From contig JAHISQ010000101.1 in NCBI GenBank assembly GCA_018818125.1, positions 14,977-78,976 on the forward strand: 64,000 bases of DNA, in the 5' to 3' direction. Position numbers and translations under genes: made by a program. The notes below the pieces were generated by a model. That model was not told the origin of the DNA. It searched no databases and saw only the letters and a list, made by a program, of their open reading frames with translations. This document shows positions 23,727-31,978 of the stretch, piece by piece (positions within the stretch are counted from its first letter, which is position 1; each line of letters starts with the position of its first letter). This stretch comes from Candidatus Rifleibacteriota bacterium (GTDB lineage: Bacteria; Muiribacteriota; Ozemobacteria; Ozemobacterales; Ozemobacteraceae).

Positions 23727-26321
23727 ATGAGATCAATGAATAAATCAGTATGTTTAAAATTATTCGTATGCTGCTGCATCTTCTTTTCAGATGATCTTCA
23801 TGCGCAGACAAATTCACACACTAATGAAATAAAACCACAACACAATTTGTCGAAAGATAGATATTTATCAAATGATAAGAAGGCAAGCGGAAGTGAAAAC
23901 ACCAGCCTCCAAAAACACCACCAACACTTAAATATATCGCAAGAATTAGCTCAAACAACAGCAATGAATGAGGCAATCGCAAATCATGCCCCTGCATCGG
24001 ATATAGTAAGAATGATAGAAAACGGTGCCAATGTTTTTCATAGAGAGCGAATGTCTAACAAAACTCCTCTTCATGAAGCAGCAAAGCATGAAGACTATCT
24101 TGATGTCGTAAAAGCTTTGATAAAACGAGGTGCTGATGTTAACGCAAAAACGCAATCAGGATACAGCCCTTTGTATTATGCCGACAGCAGCAATATAGAA
24201 ATAGCAAGAACCCTTATCGAAAACGGTGCCAATGTAAATGAAACAACAGCGCGCAACGGGGAAACTCCGCTGATGCACCTCGCAAGTGTTTCTCCGAATC
24301 CAGATATTGTAAATCTTCTGATAGAAAACAAGGCTGATATAAATGCCGTTGCAAAGAACGGTAGCCCTGTCCTGGCATTTGTTTCAGACTATCGCAGTTC
24401 TTCGCCAAAATCAATTGACAGCAGAAACCCTGAAAATATAAAAAGACTGCTAAAATTTGGATGCAATCCAGATTCTGCCAACACAAAAGATGGAACAACT
24501 GCATTAATGTATGCCATCAACAGTGAAAATAAGGAGATAATATCTATTCTTCTAGATGCAGGAGCAGACAGAGTTATTGCCGACAAAGATGGCAACATAC
24601 CTTTAAGCTATGGATTGTTGTGCGCAAACAGTCTGGAAATAACCAGACTGCTGCTGCAAAAAGAGTGCGACATCAATGCCCAAAACAACGAAGGAAATAC
24701 CGCATTACTGCTTGCCGCATATACGACAGACAATCCCGAACTGATAGATTTGCTCATAGAACATGGTGCTGACATCAGTATTACTGATAAATGGAAGAAT
24801 TCCGCCCTGATCTGTGCGGCCGAGAAAAATACGAACCCACTGATCATTGCCGCACTTATTGACAAGGGACTTCCAATTGACCGGGGAAATGGCATAGATA
24901 CAACTCCTCTGATGAACGCTGTCAGTTACAATCCGAACTCTGAAATTGCCGAACTCTTACTGGAAAAAGGTGCCAGCGTTAATAAAAAAACAAAATATGG
25001 AAAAACAGCATTGATGAATGCCGCTCAATTCAGTCACCCGGAAAGAGTCAGTATGCTGCTTAAAAGGGGTGCCTTGATTAATGCGAAAGATAATCAGGGA
25101 AACAATGCACTCATATGTGCGGTAAAATTTAGCAAATCAATTCAGCCCCCTAAACCAGATAGAACAAAACCCGGATTGCTGGATGATGACAAGACCAGCA
25201 GTAATTCACAGAAAAGAAGCCCCAGTTACAAAATCATCCAGATTCTACTAGATAATGGCGCTGATATTAAAGTCACAGACAGTAAAAAGAACAATCTTCT
25301 TTGCGCTCTGTTTGAATTCCCCTCCCCGACCGACCCTGATGTATTGAAACTTCTCATAGAAAAAGGCGTTGATGTAAATGAAGCGAACAATTTAGGCCGC
25401 ACCCCACTGTATAAAGCTCTTGTATGGTCAGCAGACGTAAGCATCATTTCGATACTTCTGGCAAATGGCGCGAAAATTGATCACAAGGACGAATTTGACG
25501 AGTCAATAACTGATGTTGCCTTAAAAGCCAAAAATGCGAAAGAACTAATCCCTTTGCTTCAGAAACATGGTAAACCTGAAGCAAACAGTGAAGTGATGAT
25601 TATTGAGGCAGCCAGAAATTGTAAAAACCCGGAAATATTACAATCTATTGTAAGTAGCGGAGCAGATATAAAGGCTTTCAACCAGCATGGCGAAAACCTT
25701 GTTACCGTAGCCGCAAAAAATAACAATCCCGAAGTTCTAAAATACGTCCTGAGTCTTGCCCTGGATGCTAATATGGCAAACAAAGATGGTTTTACTCCGC
25801 TGATGATATCTGCAGACAACTGCAACCTGATTAATGCAGCAATATTATTAGAATATGGCGCCAAAATAAGTTCACCAGGACAACAAGTGGACTACTCCGA
25901 AATATCTCTTGCGGCCAATTCCGGCAAAAAAACTGAGAATAGGATCGCCATGCTTGATTTCCTTTTCCAAAATGGAGCAAAGCTTTCAACAGCAAAGGAT
26001 GCATACGGCAAACTACTTTCTGAACTGGCAGAACGCGACGAAAGTGCCGAAGTCATTTTATCTCTTGTTAAACACGGAGCAGATATAAATTCGCGTAATC
26101 CCCAAGAGAAAACCCCGTTAATATCTGCAGCAATAAACACCAGATACGGAAAAACAGTTATTGCCGAGTTGCTTGATGCCGGTGCAGATGCAACACTTAT
26201 GGACGACAATTGCAGCCGCGCTTATGACTATGCAGAAATATTCCAGGGAAAGCAAATCAGCGATCCTGTGTTTTTACGACTTGAAAAAGAATGCGCCAAG
26301 CTCGACAACAACTTGAAGTAA
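23727..26321 (+). CDS. ankyrin-repeat protein, 864 aa, secreted
   Basis: Signal peptide; about 20 ANK repeats with the canonical TPLH.AA..G..dvvklLl..GAdvNa pattern (e.g. TPLHEAAKHEDYLDVVKALIKRGADVNAKTQSGYSPLYYA). Confidence 0.85.
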   Translation: MRSMNKSVCLKLFVCCCIFFSDDLHAQTNSHTNEIKPQHNLSKDRYLSNDKKASGSENTSLQKHHQHLNISQELAQTTAMNEAIANHAPASDIVRMIENGANVFHRERMSNKTPLHEAAKHEDYLDVVKALIKRGADVNAKTQSGYSPLYYADSSNIEIARTLIENGANVNETTARNGETPLMHLASVSPNPDIVNLLIENKADINAVAKNGSPVLAFVSDYRSSSPKSIDSRNPENIKRLLKFGCNPDSANTKDGTTALMYAINSENKEIISILLDAGADRVIADKDGNIPLSYGLLCANSLEITRLLLQKECDINAQNNEGNTALLLAAYTTDNPELIDLLIEHGADISITDKWKNSALICAAEKNTNPLIIAALIDKGLPIDRGNGIDTTPLMNAVSYNPNSEIAELLLEKGASVNKKTKYGKTALMNAAQFSHPERVSMLLKRGALINAKDNQGNNALICAVKFSKSIQPPKPDRTKPGLLDDDKTSSNSQKRSPSYKIIQILLDNGADIKVTDSKKNNLLCALFEFPSPTDPDVLKLLIEKGVDVNEANNLGRTPLYKALVWSADVSIISILLANGAKIDHKDEFDESITDVALKAKNAKELIPLLQKHGKPEANSEVMIIEAARNCKNPEILQSIVSSGADIKAFNQHGENLVTVAAKNNNPEVLKYVLSLALDANMANKDGFTPLMISADNCNLINAAILLEYGAKISSPGQQVDYSEISLAANSGKKTENRIAMLDFLFQNGAKLSTAKDAYGKLLSELAERDESAEVILSLVKHGADINSRNPQEKTPLISAAINTRYGKTVIAELLDAGADATLMDDNCSRAYDYAEIFQGKQISDPVFLRLEKECAKLDNNLK

Positions 26322-26415
26322 GCGCATGTATCCAAGAGGATAATGTTAAATCCATTTTTCCTCGACTGCGCTGCAAGCGGCCGAATTCAGCATAAGCGTC
26401 GAGACGAAAAAAAAA

Positions 26416-26439
26416 AACTATTGGCTTGCCAGTTCCACT
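26416..26439. repeat. direct repeat copy 2 (AACTATTGGCTTGCCAGTTCCACT) overlapping the VOC gene stop codon
   Basis: See copy 1; preceded by an A11 homopolymer (26407-26417). Confidence 0.6.
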
Positions 26440-27119
26440 TTGAGGCGCTCAGGATCTTCAAAAAAAACGGCATAAAATTCGGGCCCAGCAGCATGAGGAT
26501 GACGGTCTTCATATAAAATTACAGCGCCGCGTTCACGCAGTTGCGACGAGATTTCGTCTACTTGTTGGCGACTCGTCGCATGAAAAGCCAGATGATTCAA
26601 GCCGGGTCGACAGCGATGAAAAGGCGTTGCGAGATGCCTGCCTTCAGCCTGCACAAACACCAGATAAGTGTCGGATAGTTTGAAACTTACACCGTCCGGC
26701 CATTTCTGATACTGTTTATAACCAAGAACCGAGAGAAACCAGGCCCAGAATTCTTCTGTTTTTTTGAGATCCGAGCAGTAAATCTCAACATGATGCAGCT
26801 TGCCAGCAGAAGAAAGCGCTTCACTCACACAGGTTTCTTCAGTTATTTCAGAATTCTGCGGATCGAGAATTTCGCCTTTAAACACCGTGAAAAGCTTTTG
26901 AATCGCCGGATCAGAATCAATGCGCTGAATGTTGGAACTGGCATCGGCACCCGAGAACCTGACCACCTCGGTGCGCTGCGTCGAGTCTTTGGCGTCGCGC
27001 AAAAGAAGCACTTCAACCTCTGCGTGCGACCGATAGAGAACCAGCACGTCTTCCTGAAGCTGGAGATAGCGTTTTTCAGACCCTTCGCGAATCTTATATC
27101 GATAAATACGTGTCAGCAT
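26418..27119 (-). CDS. VOC-family (glyoxalase/bleomycin resistance/dioxygenase fold) protein with extra N-terminal domain
   Basis: C-terminal half HHVEIYCSDLKKTEEFWAWFLSVLGY...GLNHLAFHA...AVFFEDPERLKVEL is a typical VOC fold; likely start MLTRIYRYK at 27119. Confidence 0.65.
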   Translation of the reverse strand: MLTRIYRYKIREGSEKRYLQLQEDVLVLYRSHAEVEVLLLRDAKDSTQRTEVVRFSGADASSNIQRIDSDPAIQKLFTVFKGEILDPQNSEITEETCVSEALSSAGKLHHVEIYCSDLKKTEEFWAWFLSVLGYKQYQKWPDGVSFKLSDTYLVFVQAEGRHLATPFHRCRPGLNHLAFHATSRQQVDEISSQLRERGAVILYEDRHPHAAGPEFYAVFFEDPERLKVELASQ

Positions 27120-27361
27120 AATTGCCCAACCTTTTATTTTGCAGATCGACAAAAACATAGAATCCAGCTCATTTAACCACAGGCTCACCCCACGGGGCAA
27201 AGGTAATTAAACCTTCCACACCTGCGAGGCCTTTTAGATTCCTTTATGTTGAATGAACGATTTATCGGTATTAATGCAAAGTCAGTCGAATTTCTGGTAA
27301 AATGAGCGAAGTAGATCTGTATGTCATATCGTATACATTCGTTAGTCAGGAGATGCTTGGC

Positions 27362-28216
27362 ATGAATCGAAAAATGTTTCGCAGCTTAATCTGGATTCTC
27401 ATTCTACAGCTCATAATTGGCCCGGCCATGCTATTGGCACAGACCGATGCTGCGCCGAAAACAAACAGTGCCCTCGAAACCATGCTGAACTACGACTATA
27501 AAACCTACGCCGGCAAGGTTCTCGTCCAACAGATCCGTGAAGATCTTGCCGCCGGCCGGCCAATAGATATGAATAAAGTCAGCAAAGAATTGACCGGCAA
27601 GCCTTATCTGACTCAGGTCGCCATCGGAGGCGGTTCAGAAGTTGCCGCAAATGTTCTCCAGTATGGCATGACCGGAGTTTGCCCTCCTTACGGTATGATT
27701 GCCGGGGCAATCATCGCATCGACCATGCAGGCTTTCGGTGGCGCCGTTGGGTATGAGTCAAGCGAGGCAATGAAGTCAGGCAAAACGCAGACGTCAAAAC
27801 AGATTCTGGGCAAAGCACTTTCAAGCATCGACATGCCTGAATTTATTGGCCAGACTACTGGTGGAGTGATTGGCTCAATGGTAGGGCAGGCATTGATTCC
27901 CATACCCATCGTCGGGATGATGATCGGAAGTATTGTCGGCAGTCTGGTTGGCAGCGCCGCAGTAAACCTGCTGCGCAAAATTCCAGCCTTTGCCTCTGCC
28001 TTCGACGCCATGCAGAAGAAGTGGGAGAAGATTGGCAAATCAATGATGGAAAATGAAGAGCCAGAGCCAGCAACAGACTCACCACAAGTGACCGTGACCG
28101 CAACCGCAGACACAACCAGCCAATCGACAACAACTCAACCAGAGACAAACCCGGGCAGTCTCATGCATGTCGCTCCAACAGCAGCAGACAGCCTGGCAAG
28201 CGAAAACGGCCAATAA
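27362..28216 (+). CDS. hypothetical membrane/secreted protein with glycine-zipper segments
   Basis: ATG 27362 ten nt after AGGAG; signal peptide; GxxxGxxxG zippers (GMIAGAIIASTMQAFGGAVG, GGVIGSMVGQALIPIPIVGMMIGSIVGSLVGSAAV); Thr/Ser/Gln-rich tail. Confidence 0.45.
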   Translation: MNRKMFRSLIWILILQLIIGPAMLLAQTDAAPKTNSALETMLNYDYKTYAGKVLVQQIREDLAAGRPIDMNKVSKELTGKPYLTQVAIGGGSEVAANVLQYGMTGVCPPYGMIAGAIIASTMQAFGGAVGYESSEAMKSGKTQTSKQILGKALSSIDMPEFIGQTTGGVIGSMVGQALIPIPIVGMMIGSIVGSLVGSAAVNLLRKIPAFASAFDAMQKKWEKIGKSMMENEEPEPATDSPQVTVTATADTTSQSTTTQPETNPGSLMHVAPTAADSLASENGQ

Positions 28217-28232
28217 TTTCAGTCAGGAAAAC

Positions 28233-28898
28233 TCAGAATTCACCGGTTACTCCGATAATTGGGCCGCTGAATTCCTGTTTTTTGGCACGGCTTTCCTCAT
28301 CAGAATTATTCAGTGAAGTCAGTAAACCCGGTTTAGTCTGTTCTGGTGCTGTGTTATCAGTTCTGCTCATCTGCGAATCGCGGCCGCCTTTTTTAAAGCC
28401 AAAACCAAGCATCCAGCTTGGCTGAGATCTTTCAGTCGGCCGGTTCAGGCGATATCCGATCAGATATCGTTCCGACTGGCTGTCACGCTTGTCGTCATCA
28501 GCGTTACTACGAGGCAAATCGCTGCTACTATAACGTGGTTGCTGCATTCTTTCGCGCTTCTCGGCGCTGAAAATCGGTATAATCCATCGTTTGTCGCTGC
28601 TTCCCTCTTTAAGATCAAAGCGCTCAAGAATATTTTCGCCCGTTTCCCGCAGAGATTGAAACAAAGGATTTTTCTCGAGCAGCTGGAGCGGCCCGCGCTT
28701 TTCTGGTGGGTCATTCTGGTCATTCAGCAGCAAAGAATTCTGATAGCTTTCTCTGGACTGAAATTCGAATTGCGTGTCATTTACCCAGGCCCCCAGAGAC
28801 GCATTTTTGTTGTCAACGGCAGTAAACCCGGAACTGCACACACCCAAACACAAAGCAAAAACTCCGCATATTTTCTGAACAGTCCTGGTCGGGCGCAT
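28233..28898 (-). CDS. hypothetical secreted protein
   Basis: Signal peptide MRPTRTVQKICGVFALCLGVCSSGFTA; 221 aa, charged low-complexity regions. Confidence 0.4.
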   Translation of the reverse strand: MRPTRTVQKICGVFALCLGVCSSGFTAVDNKNASLGAWVNDTQFEFQSRESYQNSLLLNDQNDPPEKRGPLQLLEKNPLFQSLRETGENILERFDLKEGSSDKRWIIPIFSAEKRERMQQPRYSSSDLPRSNADDDKRDSQSERYLIGYRLNRPTERSQPSWMLGFGFKKGGRDSQMSRTDNTAPEQTKPGLLTSLNNSDEESRAKKQEFSGPIIGVTGEF

Positions 28899-29017
28899 AA
28901 TTGTTTTCTCCGCAGAATCTAATCATTATCCAAGTACACTATCGACTAGACTTGAAGATTTATCATGCGAAAAGGTCGCGCGACTGCCCGGCAAGTGTAA
29001 AGTTTTATTAAGCTTGA

Positions 29018-29422
29018 TCAGCGAAAATCTGCGTATTTTACACCACTGATGCTGAGTTCTTCGCTGGCAGAATGAAACAGTGGCCGGCCCTGGGCGTCCT
29101 GGGCAAGAACCCAGTCAAACTGGCCGGTAAATGGGTCTGAATAAGCCTGACGCAGGAAGCGATTGCCGACGCTGTCGCGCAGCAGTTCTTCGGTTCCGGT
29201 CGGGGGGCGGTCGTGGCAGCGCTCGAACTTGTTAACGGCGCGCTTAAATTCGCCGAGAATAAAGCGCAACTGGTCTTCTTTGCCACGGCGGACTTCGAGA
29301 TCTACACGCGGAATCACAACGGCAAGACTTATTGCCAGAAGCACCACCGAGATGCTTATTATCAGGAGAGAGACGCCACGGCGGGCATTAGCAGGTGCTG
29401 TGATCGCCTCAAAACTCGGCAT
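29018..29422 (-). CDS. pseudopilin-like protein with degenerate prepilin leader
   Basis: N-terminus RRGVSLLIISISVVLLAISLAVVIP resembles a class III signal but lacks the +5 Glu; C-terminal DPFTGQFDW...SGVKYADF parallels the neighbouring GspG-like protein; 14-nt overlap with it. Confidence 0.5.
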   Translation of the reverse strand: MPSFEAITAPANARRGVSLLIISISVVLLAISLAVVIPRVDLEVRRGKEDQLRFILGEFKRAVNKFERCHDRPPTGTEELLRDSVGNRFLRQAYSDPFTGQFDWVLAQDAQGRPLFHSASEELSISGVKYADFR

Positions 29423-29792
29423 AGCTTATTCCATCAAGACTGAGGCCGTCAGCGCCAGATTTAACGTCATAAACATCATTACCCTGCTGCGAAGGCACGG
29501 TGACCCAGGTATCATTCTTTTCGGTAAAAGGATCGGGCGGAATGCTGCGAATATAGCCTTGTTTTACCAGTGTTTCGAGGGTTTCTGGCCACTGTTCGTG
29601 ATCTTTAAAGTAATCGTTGAGAGTATTGCGAAAAACGTAGAGGTCTTTTTTCAGCGCAGTCTCTTTGGTGCGTTTAATGGTGCGGCCATACATCGGCACA
29701 ACGGTGACGTAAAGCAATCCGATAATGGCAACGACAACACTCATTTCGACAAGTGTAAAGGCCACTCGGTTCTTTTGCAAATTCACGAACAT
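29409..29792 (-). CDS. GspG/PulG-like major pseudopilin (prepilin-type N-terminal cleavage/methylation domain)
   Basis: AFTLVEMSVVVAIIGLL prepilin motif (G-F-T-L-V-E); 127 aa; C-terminal DPF/W/YDV..SGADG pattern as in GspG. Confidence 0.75.
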   Translation of the reverse strand: MFVNLQKNRVAFTLVEMSVVVAIIGLLYVTVVPMYGRTIKRTKETALKKDLYVFRNTLNDYFKDHEQWPETLETLVKQGYIRSIPPDPFTEKNDTWVTVPSQQGNDVYDVKSGADGLSLDGISYAEF

Positions 29793-29795
29793 AGT

Positions 29796-30836
29796 TTACC
29801 CCCTGGTACCCCGGTAAAAATCCAGAAAGTTTTCGCCGGCAACGCGATCAAGTTCATTCTTAAGATACAGCTTTTGAACCGATTGTGCAAACAACTGACT
29901 GCCCTGACCGGCACTCGCGATATTGGGTTCGATCTGTGTGATTTTGCCCTTCTGAATGATGCTCGTTACGGTACTGTTCATGACCAGAGTCTCGTGAACC
30001 GGTATAATGCGCTTGCCAACCTGATCGGCAATCAGAGCCTGCGAAACAACGCCCTGCAGATTGTCGGCAAGAACCTGGCAGACGAATTCACGATCGCTCT
30101 CGGGGAAAGAAAAAATGAATTTTTCGAGCGTGTTCACTATGCCAAGCGTCTGCATGCTCAATATTACAAAATGGCCGCCGGCAACGTATTCAATGATGCT
30201 CTTGAATGGTATCTCGCGCTTAAGATCGCCAATTACCAACACATCAACATCCATACGTTTCGCGAAGTTGATACCCTGATCAATTACAAAAATATCTTTC
30301 CGAAACTGGCGCTGCGAAATGCGACAGCGCTTCGGCTCGAAATTGAATTCAATCGGATCTTCGATTATCAGAATATGCCTGGAATGGCGCTGGTTCATGC
30401 GCTCAACAATGCTCGCCAGAGAAGTCGAAATACCTGAGCGGGCCGGACCGGCAATGATAAAAACACCTTTTTTGGCGTCGAGAAATGGCACCAGCGTATC
30501 AGGGAACTTGATTTCTTCGAGCGTAGGAATCTTGCTGTCGATGATTTTTATCAGCGCAACCGGCTTCTGCTGTGAATGAAACAGGGTAAGACGATAGTTA
30601 CATGGCGGCTTACCAAAAAAATTAGCTTCAAAGGAGCTGTTTTTATTGAATTTTTCAATATCTTCCGGGCTCAGCAAGGCTGCTAACAGGTCGTTCATGT
30701 CGGCTTCCTGGACTGGTGGGGAGTCCATGTGGCGGAGAAATTTGTTTTTGCGAATAAGCGGACGAGCTGAGATCTTGAGGTGAAGCTCAGTACCACCTGA
30801 TTTCTTTACGTTTTCGATGAGTTTTTTGATATCCAT
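29796..30836 (-). CDS. PilT-family ATPase paralog with degenerate catalytic motifs (pseudo-ATPase)
   Basis: PilT N-domain (ELHLKISARPLIR) and core architecture, but Walker A is GPARSGISTSL (catalytic Lys replaced by Ile), Walker B/Asp box is DVLVIGDLKR (Glu to Asp) and His box TLHT is replaced by SMQT. Confidence 0.75.
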   Translation of the reverse strand: MDIKKLIENVKKSGGTELHLKISARPLIRKNKFLRHMDSPPVQEADMNDLLAALLSPEDIEKFNKNSSFEANFFGKPPCNYRLTLFHSQQKPVALIKIIDSKIPTLEEIKFPDTLVPFLDAKKGVFIIAGPARSGISTSLASIVERMNQRHSRHILIIEDPIEFNFEPKRCRISQRQFRKDIFVIDQGINFAKRMDVDVLVIGDLKREIPFKSIIEYVAGGHFVILSMQTLGIVNTLEKFIFSFPESDREFVCQVLADNLQGVVSQALIADQVGKRIIPVHETLVMNSTVTSIIQKGKITQIEPNIASAGQGSQLFAQSVQKLYLKNELDRVAGENFLDFYRGTRG

Positions 30837-30848
30837 GCGCTGCCCCTC

Positions 30849-31901
30849 TTACGCTTTGCCCGAAATGCGCGACTTGTCGATCGCGTATTCAGCGGCAGTT
30901 TTCTGAGTTATAACCCGTTTGCGCGCCAGTGCGGCGAGCTGCGAATCAAAAGTTTTCATTCCGACAGTATCACCCTGACCCTGCAAGGCCCGGAACATGC
31001 TCATATTGTTGTTGCGCACCAGCGCCTTCATCTGCGGGGTGTTGACCAATATATCAAAGATGGCAACACGACCACTTTGGTCATCTCTTGGCACCAGACG
31101 CTGGCTTACGATCAACTTGAGCTGCGAAGCAATACGCGCCCGCAAAGCTTCGCGATCGGCATGTTCACGACAGCTGATAAGGCGGTCAAGAACCTGCTGA
31201 CAATCGCCACCTTCGGTTGAGGCGATAACCATACAACCTGATTCACAGAGGGTCAACGCCTGATCCATGGCATCGGAGTAGTTGATCGAATCAGACACTA
31301 CCACATCAGGATCAACGCGATAGGCTTCGCACAGCCCATTATAAAAATTTGAAATATCGACTGGAATACTGCGCTGAATAAAGGCGCTCTTGTCATCTTT
31401 AAAAACGTATTCAACCGGGTTTTCGATCGTGAAGATACTCTTTTCAAAATGACGGTTGATAAAGTTGAGCATGGCCGCGATGGTCGAGGTTTTACCCTCC
31501 CCAGATGGGCTGCCAACCATAATCAGGCCGGATGGCTGAGAAATAACCTTGCGCACGCCTTCGCCAAAACCAAGATCTTCGAGCTCAAAAAATTTCTCGC
31601 TGATAAAACGAATTGCGATGGCAAATTTGCTCTTGTCGAGAAACACCGAAAACCTGAGGCGACCAACGGTAGGAACATCTTCAGCATAAGTCACCTGACG
31701 CTGCCGGCCAAGAATTTCGCGAGCCTTTGGCGTGCTGGTTTCGATAATTATCTTTTTGATCTGATCTTCGTTGAGAATTATGCCTTCGAGTTTTTCGATG
31801 GCTCCATTCAATCGGTAAAATATCGGCTGATCAGGAAAAAGATGCAGGTCAGAAGCACCTTTAACCTTAACCATCTGACAAATCTTCATTAATTCCGTCA
31901 T
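30849..31901 (-). CDS. PilT-family ATPase paralog with degenerate Walker B and His box
   Basis: Walker A GSPSGEGKTST (Lys kept, one-residue insertion); Asp box DVVVSDSINYSD instead of DIILVGEMRD; His box region ASTEGGD instead of GTLHT. Confidence 0.75.
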   Translation of the reverse strand: MTELMKICQMVKVKGASDLHLFPDQPIFYRLNGAIEKLEGIILNEDQIKKIIIETSTPKAREILGRQRQVTYAEDVPTVGRLRFSVFLDKSKFAIAIRFISEKFFELEDLGFGEGVRKVISQPSGLIMVGSPSGEGKTSTIAAMLNFINRHFEKSIFTIENPVEYVFKDDKSAFIQRSIPVDISNFYNGLCEAYRVDPDVVVSDSINYSDAMDQALTLCESGCMVIASTEGGDCQQVLDRLISCREHADREALRARIASQLKLIVSQRLVPRDDQSGRVAIFDILVNTPQMKALVRNNNMSMFRALQGQGDTVGMKTFDSQLAALARKRVITQKTAAEYAIDKSRISGKA

Positions 31902-31978
31902 TTTCAGACCTCTATAAAGTTTATTTGCTGTTTAATCGGCAAGCTCGCAGTTTTTATTCACCCGCCCGGGCAAATTAC

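Noticed and set aside
29163-30437. 424-aa plus-strand ORF
   Set aside because: Lies entirely antisense to the GspG-like and PilT-like genes, which have clear family motifs; Arg/Ser/Ile-rich composition typical of antisense artefacts; no RBS
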